Shown: in pieces, positions 33,864 to 43,520 of the stretch | Position numbering within the stretch: the stretch's first letter is position 1 | How the letters are laid out: each line of letters begins with the position of its first letter | Origin: an uncultured delta proteobacterium | Lineage (GTDB): Bacteria > Myxococcota_A > Polyangia > Polyangiales > B10-G4 | NCBI GenBank assembly: GCA_963727445.1 | Contig: CAVSGI010000003.1 | Span: 1-64,000 of the forward strand | Reading direction: 5' to 3' | Length of the DNA stretch: 64,000 nucleotides | Translations under genes and position numbers: made by a program | The notes under the pieces: generated by a model | Database searches by the model: none | The model's input: only the letters and a program-made list of their open reading frames with translations | What the model was told of the DNA's origin: nothing

Positions 33864-34391
33864 ATGTGGGAGAGCGAGCTCCTGACGAGCGACGCCATAG
33901 GGCGCCTCATCGAATTCTGGGGCTTCAAGCGCTCGATGGGCCGGATCTGGACCATCCTCTATCTCTCGGACCATCCGCTCACGGCCCACGACCTGCGCGA
34001 CCGCCTCCAGATGAGCGCCGGGGCCGTCTCGATGGCCATCAAGGAGCTGAGCCACTGGGGCGTGGTGAAGAAGGTCTGGATCCAGGGGAGCCGGCGAGAC
34101 CATTTCGTGGCCGAGTCGAACCTCTGGAAGATGATCACGCGGGTCTTCCAGGAGCGCGAGCGCGTCGAGATCCTCGAGGCCATCGATCAGATGGAGCGCG
34201 CCATCGCGTTCCTCGACGACAAGGCCAGGCACGGTAGCGCCGAGGACAAGCGCCGGGCGCGCGACCAGAAGGCCCGCATCGAGCGGCTGATGGACCTGGC
34301 GAAGCTCGGCCATCGCCTGGTGACGGCGCTGGTCGAAAAGGCCCGCGTCGACGCCAGCCCGCTCGTGAAGTTCCTCCTCGGCGACTCCTGA
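33864..34391 (+). CDS. GbsR/MarR-family winged-helix transcriptional regulator (start may be ~33840)
   Basis: WGFKRSMGRIWTILYLS...LQMSAGAVSMAIKELSHWGVV...GSRRDHFVAE. Confidence 0.85.
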   Translation: MWESELLTSDAIGRLIEFWGFKRSMGRIWTILYLSDHPLTAHDLRDRLQMSAGAVSMAIKELSHWGVVKKVWIQGSRRDHFVAESNLWKMITRVFQERERVEILEAIDQMERAIAFLDDKARHGSAEDKRRARDQKARIERLMDLAKLGHRLVTALVEKARVDASPLVKFLLGDS

Positions 34392-34478
34392 GCCGACGAC
34401 AACAGCCAGAACACCCAGGAAGAGGGGCTTTTCGAACCTTTTGGGTGAACCGGCCCGATCCAGCCAGATCCGACGCTT

Positions 34479-34506
34479 AGTTTACATAATCTATCTTCTG
34501 CGAAAT
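34479..34506 (-). other. dif: XerC/XerD dif-like recombination site
   Basis: Minus strand ATTTCGCAGAA-GATAGA-TTATGTAAACT (11-6-11); AT-rich intergenic DNA between convergent genes; KOPS-like octamers converge on it. Confidence 0.8.
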
Positions 34507-34615
34507 AGAGATGTAGGGGGTTTATGGAAATGTCCGGATCGCGGTTCTTGCCAGACCGGGGATCACTTCTGCCGAACCGGGACGGATCACTCAGCCCGGT
34601 CTGTGACACCTGGCG

Positions 34616-35827
34616 TCAGTACGAGAAGGCGTGGAGCGAGCCGCCGTTGGCGACCACGAAGCCGTAGCCGCCATAGACGCTGGGGAGCGCGCTGAAGCCA
34701 TAGCCGGCTTCGAAGCGCGCCGTCTCGCGGCCGGTGCGGAGCGAGAGCGCGAGGAACGGCCCGGCGCTGACGCTGACGAGCACCGAGCGGCCCGCCACGA
34801 CAGGCGCCGAGGCCGCGCCGCGCTCCACGCGGTGCTTCCACAGCGGCGCGCGCGCCGCATCCCGGGTCAGCGCCATCACGCCTTCATCCGCTGAAGAGAC
34901 GATCAGGGCATCGGGGGTCACGGCGACGCCGACCACACCGGTGAGCGTCTGGTCGTGCCAGACGACCGTGCCGCTGCCCGGATGGAGCGCGTAGAGGCCG
35001 CCGGCGAAAGACGCGACGAAGAGCTCGTCGCCCGCGGCCACGGGCGTGGTGTCGACATCGACGAACTGCGGTCGGCCCCCGTCCGGCCCGTCCACGTCCA
35101 CCGAGGTGTCCCGCTCCCACACCACGGTGCCGTCTTGGGGATCGAGCGCGACGACCGTGCCGTCCGTCATCCCGGTGACGAGCTTTCCGTCGACGTGTGC
35201 GAGCCCGGCGTGGCCGCTGATCGAATATCCCTCGGGCGCCTCCCGCTTGTAGGTCCAGAGCACGTCGCCATTGCGGCGCGCGTGGGCGGTCACCACGTCG
35301 GTGTCGCTCACCACGACGATGGCCTCCTCGAGGAGCACCGGCGGCTGGCGGATCGGCCCGCCCGTGACCTGGCGCCAGCGAACCGCACCCGTGGAGGCGG
35401 TCAAGGCGTGCATCACGCCCTGCTCCGTGCCCACGTAGACCTCGTCGGCCTCGGGGTCGAGCGCTGGCATCGATTCGATGGCGCCACGCGCGTCGTAGCC
35501 CCAGATCCGCCCGCCGTTCGAATGCAGCGCGTAGAGCGTCCCCGCGGTCGAGCCCACGAAGAGACGCTGTCGCGCCGGATCGAGCGCCGCCATCGCGCGC
35601 TCCACGGGCGAGTAGTCGCCTTCGGTGAGGCCGCCGCGCGGATCGCGCAAGAGGTCCGAGTCGCTCGCGCTCGGCGCGAGGCGCTCGGTCCACAAGAGGC
35701 GCACCGGGCCCTGGGTGGCCTGGACCCGCTCGTCGCGGGCGTCCCACCAGCCGGCGCTGTCGAAGCCGCCGCTGCAGGCTCCGAGGACGGTCGCGAGCGC
35801 GAAGAAGATGACGGCGCGAAGGCGCAT
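34616..35827 (-). CDS. bamB: PQQ-like beta-propeller lipoprotein (BamB-like)
   Basis: Lipobox LGAC; repeated ALxxxxGxxxW blades; DVDTTPV motif; downstream of a YfgM-like gene. Confidence 0.7.
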   Translation of the reverse strand: MRLRAVIFFALATVLGACSGGFDSAGWWDARDERVQATQGPVRLLWTERLAPSASDSDLLRDPRGGLTEGDYSPVERAMAALDPARQRLFVGSTAGTLYALHSNGGRIWGYDARGAIESMPALDPEADEVYVGTEQGVMHALTASTGAVRWRQVTGGPIRQPPVLLEEAIVVVSDTDVVTAHARRNGDVLWTYKREAPEGYSISGHAGLAHVDGKLVTGMTDGTVVALDPQDGTVVWERDTSVDVDGPDGGRPQFVDVDTTPVAAGDELFVASFAGGLYALHPGSGTVVWHDQTLTGVVGVAVTPDALIVSSADEGVMALTRDAARAPLWKHRVERGAASAPVVAGRSVLVSVSAGPFLALSLRTGRETARFEAGYGFSALPSVYGGYGFVVANGGSLHAFSY

Positions 35828-35832
35828 CCCAA

Positions 35833-37224
35833 TCACTGTGGCGCGCTGCCTCCCGGAGCCGGGAGACCACCGCCGCCCTGCTGCTGCTGGAGCAGCTTCT
35901 GCAGGATCTCCGGTGGGATGTCTTGAAGGCCGCCCGCGCCACCCGCGCCACCTGGACCGCCGCCCGCGCCCGGGATCTGGAACCCGCCGGGGCTGGTCTC
36001 CTGCGGCACCAGCGAGGAGTCGAGCTCGAGGAGGCGGATTTCCGTCTGGTTGCGGACGTAGTTGAGATCGGGGCGGTCCTCGTCCTCCTCGCGGAGCTTG
36101 TCGAGCAGACCGGCGAAGATCTCCTTGGCGTGATCGGTGTCGCCCTTCGCGAGATACATGCGACCGATGTGGTACTCGGCGACCTCTTCGAAGGCGCCGT
36201 CGCCCGAGCTCTTCAGCTCGTTGAAGCGCGCGAGCGCGTCGTCCCACGACTCTTCGCCCTCGAAGCTGAAGGCGAGGCCCTCGAGGGCGCGCCAGGCCAC
36301 CGTCGGGTTCTGTCCGCCCTCGGCGAGGGCCGCCTGAAAGCGCTCCCGCGCTTCACCATAGCGCTCGAGATCGAGGAGCGCCGTGCCTCCTTCGAGCGCC
36401 GCCCAGATGGCCGCGGGGGTGCCGGGAAAGTCGCTGCGCACCGTGTCGGCCCGCTCGAGGGTCGCCTCGGCGCGCGCTTCGGTGGAGTCGAAGATCTCCG
36501 ACTCCTCGTCCTGGTCGCCGGCCACGTTGCCTTCGGAGCGGATCTCGCCCTGCGCGGCCTGCACCGCGTCCCAGAGACCGGTCGAGGCTTCCTCGGCCTT
36601 CGCCGAGCTGGTGACCGAGTAATAGGTCACGCCGGCGACGATGAGCACCACGGCGCCCGCCGCCATCCAGAGCTTCTGGCGATTCTCGGTGACCCAGTCG
36701 GTGGCGACCGCGGCCTGCTTGAGCACGCGATCCTCGACGACCTCCGCCTGCCGTCCGCGCTTGTCCGCCTTGCGCTTGGCTTTGCGCGCCTTCGCGGCCG
36801 CGAGGCGCTCGCCCGGCGTCATCCCACTGCCGCGACGCTTCTTGCCCTTCTTGCCGGAGGCCTTCTTGGTGGACGCTTCTTCGTCGTCCGAGTCGTCCGA
36901 GTCCTCGTCGTCGTCCGAGTCCTCGTCGTCGTCCGAGTCCTCGTCGTCGTCCGAGTCCTCGTCGTCGTCCGAGTCGTCGTCCTCGTCATCCGCCTCGTCC
37001 GAGCCCGCGTCGTCCTCGTCGTCCGAGTCGTCGTCCGCGTCGTCCTCGTCATCGGAGTCCGCGTCGTCGTCCGAGTCCTCTTCACCGGCGTCGTCCGACT
37101 CCGAATCCGAATCGGATTCCGTCTCCGAGTCCGAGTCGGACTCCGTCTCCTCGGCCTCCGCGGAGCCCGTCTCTTCTTCTTCCGTGGCCTCGGTCTCGTC
37201 TTCGGCCTTTTCGTCCGTGCTCAC
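35833..37224 (-). CDS. YfgM-like membrane-anchored TPR protein with long acidic N-terminus
   Basis: D/E-rich N-terminus, basic stretch, WVTENRQKL, TM helix, TPRs; adjacent to bamB-like gene. Confidence 0.7.
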   Translation of the reverse strand: MSTDEKAEDETEATEEEETGSAEAEETESDSDSETESDSDSESDDAGEEDSDDDADSDDEDDADDDSDDEDDAGSDEADDEDDDSDDDEDSDDDEDSDDDEDSDDDEDSDDSDDEEASTKKASGKKGKKRRGSGMTPGERLAAAKARKAKRKADKRGRQAEVVEDRVLKQAAVATDWVTENRQKLWMAAGAVVLIVAGVTYYSVTSSAKAEEASTGLWDAVQAAQGEIRSEGNVAGDQDEESEIFDSTEARAEATLERADTVRSDFPGTPAAIWAALEGGTALLDLERYGEARERFQAALAEGGQNPTVAWRALEGLAFSFEGEESWDDALARFNELKSSGDGAFEEVAEYHIGRMYLAKGDTDHAKEIFAGLLDKLREEDEDRPDLNYVRNQTEIRLLELDSSLVPQETSPGGFQIPGAGGGPGGAGGAGGLQDIPPEILQKLLQQQQGGGGLPAPGGSAPQ

Positions 37225-37335
37225 GTGAATATCCTCGCGATCCCGTGTCTTTCCGGGCTCTGCCGGCCGGGACCTTGGCATGTGCCCTGGGGAGCGTCAA
37301 TCCGCCCCGGATCGGCGGGCCTGTGCTATCCAGCC

Positions 37336-37872
37336 GTGGTGCGTCGCACCCTGACCGCCCTCCCCCTCGCCCTCTCCTTCTGGGCCCTGTTCGGCGGCCA
37401 GGCACACGCCTACGAGGACCAGGGCACGTTCGGTTTCGAGGCGGGCTACGGGGTCGTCGCCATCACCGACACCACCCTGCCCCAGCACGGCGCCCTCTTC
37501 GGTCTCGAGCTCTCCCTCGGCCTGGGCGACCAGTTCGCCGTCCGCGCCCACGCCGACTACGGCTACCACCCCGGCGACGACCCGATGCACCTCGCCCTCT
37601 TCGGCGTCGAGGGCCTGTACCTCGTCGACATCGTGCAGCTCGTCCCCTACTTCGGGATCGGCATCGACGGCATCGCCACCGTCTACCAGGACGCTGGCAG
37701 CCTCGAGCTCGGCGTCCACGTCGTCGCGGGCGCCGAGTATCTGCTCAGCCGCCATTGGCTCGTCGGCCTCGACGTCCGCCCGCACTTCTTGCCGGTCACG
37801 CTGGCGGAAGGGCGGGCGGAACCGATCTACGTGTCGGTGAACCTGCGGGTGAGCTGGTTGTTCGATTTGTAG
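37336..37872 (+). CDS. Small outer-membrane beta-barrel protein
   Basis: Signal peptide ending AHA; LVPYFGIG, AGAEYLLS strands; terminal aromatic SWLFDL. Confidence 0.7.
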   Translation: MVRRTLTALPLALSFWALFGGQAHAYEDQGTFGFEAGYGVVAITDTTLPQHGALFGLELSLGLGDQFAVRAHADYGYHPGDDPMHLALFGVEGLYLVDIVQLVPYFGIGIDGIATVYQDAGSLELGVHVVAGAEYLLSRHWLVGLDVRPHFLPVTLAEGRAEPIYVSVNLRVSWLFDL

Positions 37873-37893
37873 GGGTGATGGAGGCCAGGGACT

Positions 37894-38321
37894 CCAATCC
37901 CGGCTCTACGTCACCTACGCTGCGCGTTCGCCGCTGAGCCTTTTCGTGGGCGGCTCCCAATCCCGGCTCTACGGCGCCGCTTCGCTGCGGCGCCGCTGAG
38001 CCTTTTCGTGGGCGACGCAATCCCGGCTCTACGTCACCTACGCTGCGCGTCGCCTCCGGGCGCACTGCGCCCTACGGCGCCGCTTCGCTGCGGCGCCGCT
38101 GAGCCTTTTCGTGGGCGACGCAATCCCGGCTCTACGTCACCTACGCTGCGCGTCGCCTCCGGGCGCACTGCGCCCTACGGCGCCGCTTCGCTGCGGCGCC
38201 GTAGAGCCTTTTCGTGGGCGGCTCCCAATCCCGGCTCTACGGCGCCGCTTCGCTGCGGCGCCGCTGAGCCTTTTTCGTGGGCGGCTCCGCGCCACCTCGC
38301 TGCGCTTCGGCTTCGCTCCGC
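37894..38321. repeat. REP/BIME-like palindromic mosaic repeat cluster
   Basis: AATCCCGGCTCTAC at 37896, 37959, 38019, 38122, 38227; GAGCCTTTT(T)CGTGGGCG x5; hairpin CGGCGCCGC-TTCGCT-GCGGCGCCG x4; between convergent genes. Confidence 0.85.
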
Positions 38322-39380
38322 CTAGTAGCAGGCCGGGGACGTCCCGGTCATCGGCGTGCAGCTGAAGTCGGCGCAGTCGGCGAATCCGTTGCCGTCGTTG
38401 TCGATGCCGTCGGAGCACTGGTCGTAGCCGCGCTCGGTGGGGCAGACGGTGACGAAGGGATTCATGGTGCAGCTGAAATCTTCGCAGTCCGTGAACATGT
38501 TCCCGTCGTTGTCCTCTCCGTCGGAGCACGCGGCGTCGGTGTTCTCGCCGGGGCAGACCGTGACGTCGGGGTTCTGGCTGCAGGAGAAATCTTCGCAGTC
38601 CATGTGGCCGTTGCCGTCGTTGTCGACGCCGTCGGAGCAGAGATCATCCGAGGTCATGCTGCCGCTTGCGCAGGCCGCGATGCCCTCGCCCATGCAGCGC
38701 GAGTCGGCGCAGTCGGTGTCGCCGTCGCCGTCGTTGTCCATCATGTCGGAGCAGGTGGCGTTGGTCTGCTCGAGGGGCGGCTGCATGCAGGTCGCGTCGA
38801 CGACCTGGCAGTCGTTGTCGGCGCAGTCCACGTATCCGTCGCCGTCGTTGTCCGTCATGTCGTGACAGCCGTTGGTCCCGCCGGTGCAAGCATCGACGTT
38901 TTCGCGCATGCAATCGTCGTCGGCGCAATCGACCATGCCGTCGCCGTCGTTGTCCATCATGTCGGAGCACTTCTCGTTCGTACCCTCGCCGACGCAGACG
39001 ATGCGCATCATGCAGCCGTTGTCTTCACAGTCGGTGAAGCCGTCGCCGTCGTTGTCGAGACCGTCGTTGCAGAGCGGGTTGCTCGCCTCAGCCTGGGGAC
39101 AACCGGTCGCACCGATGCAGCCGTTGTCGTCACAGTCCATGAAGCCGTCGCAGTCGTCGTCCATGCCGTTGCCGCAGAGATCGCCGGATTCGATCATCGC
39201 CGTCATGGTGCAGTCGCCCCCATCGCCGGTGGTCCCGGTGTCTCCACCGTCCCCGCCGCCGCTATCGCCGGCGGTGCTGTCGGGGACGCCCGAGTCGCCG
39301 GTCATCCGCGGGGGATCGTTGCGGCAGCCGGCGAGAACGAGGGCGAGGGAAAGAAGCGAAGTGACGACTGTAAAGCGCAT
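38322..39380 (-). CDS. Lipoprotein with 8 Cys/Asp repeats (CxDGxDNDGDGxxDCxDxxC)
   Basis: Lipobox LAGC; repeats read directly in the translation. Confidence 0.85.
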   Translation of the reverse strand: MRFTVVTSLLSLALVLAGCRNDPPRMTGDSGVPDSTAGDSGGGDGGDTGTTGDGGDCTMTAMIESGDLCGNGMDDDCDGFMDCDDNGCIGATGCPQAEASNPLCNDGLDNDGDGFTDCEDNGCMMRIVCVGEGTNEKCSDMMDNDGDGMVDCADDDCMRENVDACTGGTNGCHDMTDNDGDGYVDCADNDCQVVDATCMQPPLEQTNATCSDMMDNDGDGDTDCADSRCMGEGIAACASGSMTSDDLCSDGVDNDGNGHMDCEDFSCSQNPDVTVCPGENTDAACSDGEDNDGNMFTDCEDFSCTMNPFVTVCPTERGYDQCSDGIDNDGNGFADCADFSCTPMTGTSPACY

Positions 39381-39478
39381 GAAAGTCCTCCGAAGGGCCC
39401 CAGACGGGGCGCTGTGGGATAGCTTTTGGGGGCCCCTGACGCAAAAAGAAAAGACGCTTTCCTCCTGTTGTCGCGGTG

Positions 39479-39973
39479 TTATCGCTCGATCGTCACCAGA
39501 TCGCGTATCCGTGAGAGGGCTCTCGGTCCCACGCCACGGACCGCTTCGAGGGACTCGAGGCTCTCGAAGCGCCCCTCGGCGGCTCGGTGAGCGACGATGC
39601 GCGCCGCGAGGGTCGGACCGATCCCGGGCAGCAGCTCGAGCTCCGCGGCGCTCGCCCCATTCAGATCGATCGGCTCCCCATCCCGGAGCGCGCGCGCCGC
39701 TTCGCCGAGGCCGGCGTCGCGCGCCTCCCCACTCGGGGGTGGACGCTGGCGCTGGGCGGAGAGATCGCGCGCAGAGACGGAGGGCGTCGAGATCTCGGTT
39801 CGCGCCATCGCCGAGAGCCCCACCGCGAGGGCGAGCGCCGCCAGAGCCGAAAGCGTCCTCGCTTCGCGCACGAGCCCTTGTCGCGCCGAGCGACCGCGAG
39901 TTGCGCCGTTCGGTGACAAAGGCAAGGGGGGGCTTGCAGGCGGCGGCGCGTCGACCGCATCCTGCCGCCCCAT
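39479..39973 (-). CDS. comEA: ComEA-family helix-hairpin-helix DNA-binding protein (start uncertain)
   Basis: TM segment, then IDLNGASAAELELLPGIGPTLAARIVAHR...GRFESLESLEAVRGVGPR. Confidence 0.85.
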   Translation of the reverse strand: MGRQDAVDAPPPASPPLPLSPNGATRGRSARQGLVREARTLSALAALALAVGLSAMARTEISTPSVSARDLSAQRQRPPPSGEARDAGLGEAARALRDGEPIDLNGASAAELELLPGIGPTLAARIVAHRAAEGRFESLESLEAVRGVGPRALSRIRDLVTIER

Positions 39974-41582
39974 GACGACACGCCTTCTCCTGATCGCCCT
40001 TCTCACCGTCACCTTCGTGAGCGCCGGCTGCGGCGACGACACGACACCTCCCGCGGACACGGGCGCGGGCGACGGCAGCACCGACACCGGCACCGGTGAC
40101 GGCAGCACCGACACCGGCGCAGGTGACGGCAGCATGGACTCGAGCATGGACGGGACCGTCGCGGACGGCAGCACCGACACCATGGCAGACGGCGGCTGCG
40201 TGCCGGCCGACGAGCGCACCTGGCTCGAATGCACCGACGGCATCGACAACGACTGCGACGGGATGATCGACACGGACCCGGGCTGCTCCGTCTGCCCGCC
40301 GGCCGCGGCCCCCGAAGCGGGCGACGAGAACACGATGGCCGCGTGCACCGACGGCATCGACAACGACTGCGACGGCCACGTCGACTGCGCGGACTACGAC
40401 TGCCTCGGCATGGCAACCGCCTGCGCTGACGAGGCGGGGGACGAGACGCTCTGCTCGGACGGCATCGACAACGACGGCGACGGGCGGATCGACTGTGGTG
40501 AGCGCGGCTGCGCCACCACCATGGCGTGCCGCCCCGCGACCATGGGGGTCGAAAACGACGCGACGCTCTGCGCCGACGGCCTCGACAACGACTACGATGG
40601 CTTCACCGACTGCGACGACGACGACTGCGAGCCCACCGCCTCCTGCGGCAGCGAGGACACCGACGCCACCTGCTCGGACGGGCTCGACAACGACGGAGAC
40701 GGGCGCTTCGACTGCGTCGATTCGAACTGCTCGGACACCACGCCCTGCATGGCCGAGAGCGGCGACAACTGCGCCAACGGCATGGACGACGACGGGGACG
40801 GCTTCATCGACTGCGCCGACCGCGATTGCCTGGGCGCGGCGGTGTGCGTCGACATGGAAGCCATCTGCGACAACAGCACCGACGACGACCTCGACGGCAA
40901 CGCCGACTGTCGCGATTCGGACTGTGAGAGCAGCTGCTCCAGCATGGCCTGCAGCGACACCAACTGGTTCGGCACCTGCGCCTCGGGCACCTGTGCCATG
41001 GGCGTCTGCGCCACGACCACGACCCTCGCCGACTACGACTTCAGCACCGACCAGCCGCTGATCGTCGTCGAGATCATGGCCAACCCGGACGTAGTCTCGG
41101 ACAGCAACGGTGAGTACGCCGAGATCCTCAACGTCTCCACCGACACCATCGACGTCAACGGGCTGACCCTCAACGACAACACGACGACGAACACCGCGAC
41201 CATCTCCACGTCGTGGTTCCTCTCTCCCGGCGAGCGCCTGGTCTTCGTGGCCAACGACGACCCAACCGCGAACGGCGGCATCATGGGCGGTGCGGCGATC
41301 GGCTCCGGCTTCTTCAACCAGGGCGGCGACGAGGTCGCGATCCAGTACATGGGCACCGACATCCACCGAGTGACCTACGCGGGCACCGGCAGCGACCTCG
41401 ACAACGTCGGCCTCGACGCGGTCGCCGGCCAGAGCTTCAACCTCGACCAGGCCTACCTCGATGGCACCACCACCACGCCCACCTGGTGCCTGACCCCCGC
41501 CGACGCCGCCAACGAGTACAACACCGACGGAAGCACGTCGGACTATGGAACCCCAGGGGCCGCGAACATCACGTGCCCGTAG
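39972..41582 (+). CDS. Lipoprotein with 7 Cys/Asp repeats and C-terminal lamin-tail domain (LTD)
   Basis: Lipobox SAGC; CxDGIDNDxDGxxDC repeats; LTD motifs VEIMANP, GEYAEILN, LSPGERLV, NQGGDEV, GTPGAAN. Confidence 0.85.
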   Translation: MTTRLLLIALLTVTFVSAGCGDDTTPPADTGAGDGSTDTGTGDGSTDTGAGDGSMDSSMDGTVADGSTDTMADGGCVPADERTWLECTDGIDNDCDGMIDTDPGCSVCPPAAAPEAGDENTMAACTDGIDNDCDGHVDCADYDCLGMATACADEAGDETLCSDGIDNDGDGRIDCGERGCATTMACRPATMGVENDATLCADGLDNDYDGFTDCDDDDCEPTASCGSEDTDATCSDGLDNDGDGRFDCVDSNCSDTTPCMAESGDNCANGMDDDGDGFIDCADRDCLGAAVCVDMEAICDNSTDDDLDGNADCRDSDCESSCSSMACSDTNWFGTCASGTCAMGVCATTTTLADYDFSTDQPLIVVEIMANPDVVSDSNGEYAEILNVSTDTIDVNGLTLNDNTTTNTATISTSWFLSPGERLVFVANDDPTANGGIMGGAAIGSGFFNQGGDEVAIQYMGTDIHRVTYAGTGSDLDNVGLDAVAGQSFNLDQAYLDGTTTTPTWCLTPADAANEYNTDGSTSDYGTPGAANITCP

Positions 41583-41679
41583 GGCCGAATGGGGAGCCGG
41601 GGGCGCACTCCCGGCTCTGCGCCTCCTGCGCCGCAGTCGGCCGCGAGAGCCGAACAGAATCCCCCGGCAACAGGACTGA

Positions 41680-42901
41680 CTAGTCCCCTAGATCGAACGC
41701 GTCGTGCAACGCGCGCACGGCGAGCTCGGCGTACTTCGATTCGATCAGGCAGCTGACCTTGATCTCGCTGGTGGTGATCGCCTGGATGTTGATCCCCTCG
41801 GTCGCCAGCACCCGGAACATCTTGGCGGCGATGCCGGCGTGACTGCGCATGCCGAGGCCCACGATGGAGACCTTCACCACGTCCTCGTCGACCAGGACCT
41901 CCTTGGCGCCCAGGATCTCGAGGTTCGCCTCGGCGACCTTCCTCGCGGCGCCGATGTCGGACTTCTTCACGGTGAAGGTGAGGTCCGTCGCCCCGTGATC
42001 GGAGACGTTCTGGATGATCATGTCGACGGAGATGCTCTGCTCGGCCAGAGGCTCGAAGAGCTGCGCCACCACGCCCGGCCGGTCCTGAACCGAACGGATG
42101 GTGATCTTCGCCTCGTTCTTGTCCGAGGTGACGCCGGCGACCACCACCGACTCGAGGGAGGTGTCCTCCCCCACGACCCAGGTGCCTTCGTCCTCCTTGA
42201 AGCTGGAGCGGACGTGAATCGGAACGGCGTACTTCATCGCGACCTCCACGGAGCGGATCTGTAGGACCTTCGCGCCGAGCGACGCGAGCTCGAGCATCTC
42301 CTCGTAGCTGATCCGGTGAATCTTCTTGGCGTTGGGACAGACGTTCGGATCGGCGGTGTAGACCCCGTCGACGTCGGTGTAGATCTCACAGGCGCTGGCG
42401 CGCGCCGCGGCGGCGATGGCCACCGCCGTCGTATCCGAGCCGCCCCGGCCGAGGGTGGTGATGTCGCCCGTGGGTCCGATCCCCTGAAACCCGGCCACCA
42501 CCGCGATCCGGCCCTCTTCGAGGGTCTTCGACATGGCCGTGCCCTCGATCGACTTGATGCGGGCCTTGGTGTGCGGGCCCTCGGTGAGGATGCGGGCCTG
42601 ATGGCCCATGAGCGAGCGCGCCGGCACGCCCATGTCGTTCAAGCAGATGGACAACAGAGCCGCGCTCACCTGCTCGCCGGTGGACACCAGCACGTCCATC
42701 TCGCGATGCAGCGGCTCGTCCTCGGTCGCGGCCTCACGGCCCATCTTGAGCAGACGGTCGGTCTCACCGCCGATGGCGCTCACGACGACGATCAGGTCGT
42801 GACCCTCTGCGCGCGAAGCGGCCACGCGCGCGCGCGACGTTGCGGATCTTCTCGAGCGACCCGACGCTGGTCCCCCCGAACTTCTGAACGATCAGGCCCA
42901 C
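41680..42901 (-). CDS. lysC: Aspartate kinase (frameshift near 5' end)
   Basis: [41 protein letters not shown], two ACT domains, TSEIKVS. Confidence 0.95.
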
Positions 42902-42942
42902 GGGGGCGGGACTGTAGCACCGATGCGGCGCACGAAGATCCG

Positions 42943-43476
42943 CTAACGACCCTGGCGATTGCGGTCGTCCCGACGGTCGTCCTCGCGGCCCCGTCGGTCA
43001 CCATCGTCCGATCCCTCGTCGTCACGGTCCGACGCGTCTCCGTCGTCGTCGTGATCCGAATCACCACGGTCCCCCGACGGCCGGCGCTCGCGGCGTGGCT
43101 GCTCGGGCGGGTCGCCGAACTCGGCGCGGAGCTTTCGCTCGAGGCGGTCGAGGAGCATCTGCTCCACGTAGGAGGGCATCGACGGGATCTGCACGACCGT
43201 CCGCACGTAGTCGACGCCCTCGACGCGCGTGCGGACGAGCTCGATGCTCCCGGGGAAGGTGCGGCCTCGATCCTGATACTGGAACAGGACGTATCCGACC
43301 TCGGGGTCCTGATCGTCGATCGCGTAACGGAGGTCGACCCGGACCATGCGCACGGCCGCGCTCCACACCTGCTCGAATCGATAGGTGTGGTCCTTCTGCT
43401 TGCGCGCCTCGGCCGTCGTGGGCGCGAGGGTCGCGAAGAACAGAGCGACGAGGAGTCCGAGGCCGAGCCGGCGCAT
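42943..43476 (-). CDS. Hypothetical secreted protein
   Basis: Signal peptide ending AEA; globular domain followed by charged tail. Confidence 0.65.
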   Translation of the reverse strand: MRRLGLGLLVALFFATLAPTTAEARKQKDHTYRFEQVWSAAVRMVRVDLRYAIDDQDPEVGYVLFQYQDRGRTFPGSIELVRTRVEGVDYVRTVVQIPSMPSYVEQMLLDRLERKLRAEFGDPPEQPRRERRPSGDRGDSDHDDDGDASDRDDEGSDDGDRRGREDDRRDDRNRQGR

Positions 43477-43520
43477 GCCCCGACGCTAAGGGCCAGTGGG
43501 CGACCCCACCAAATTTTCGA

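Noticed and set aside
34392..34616. Integrated element or prophage at the dif-like site
   Set aside because: No second att/dif copy, integrase or phage gene was seen; flanking genes look chromosomal.
37894..38321. CRISPR array
   Set aside because: The intervening sequences are themselves repeated and palindromic rather than unique spacers, the period is irregular, and no cas genes are present.
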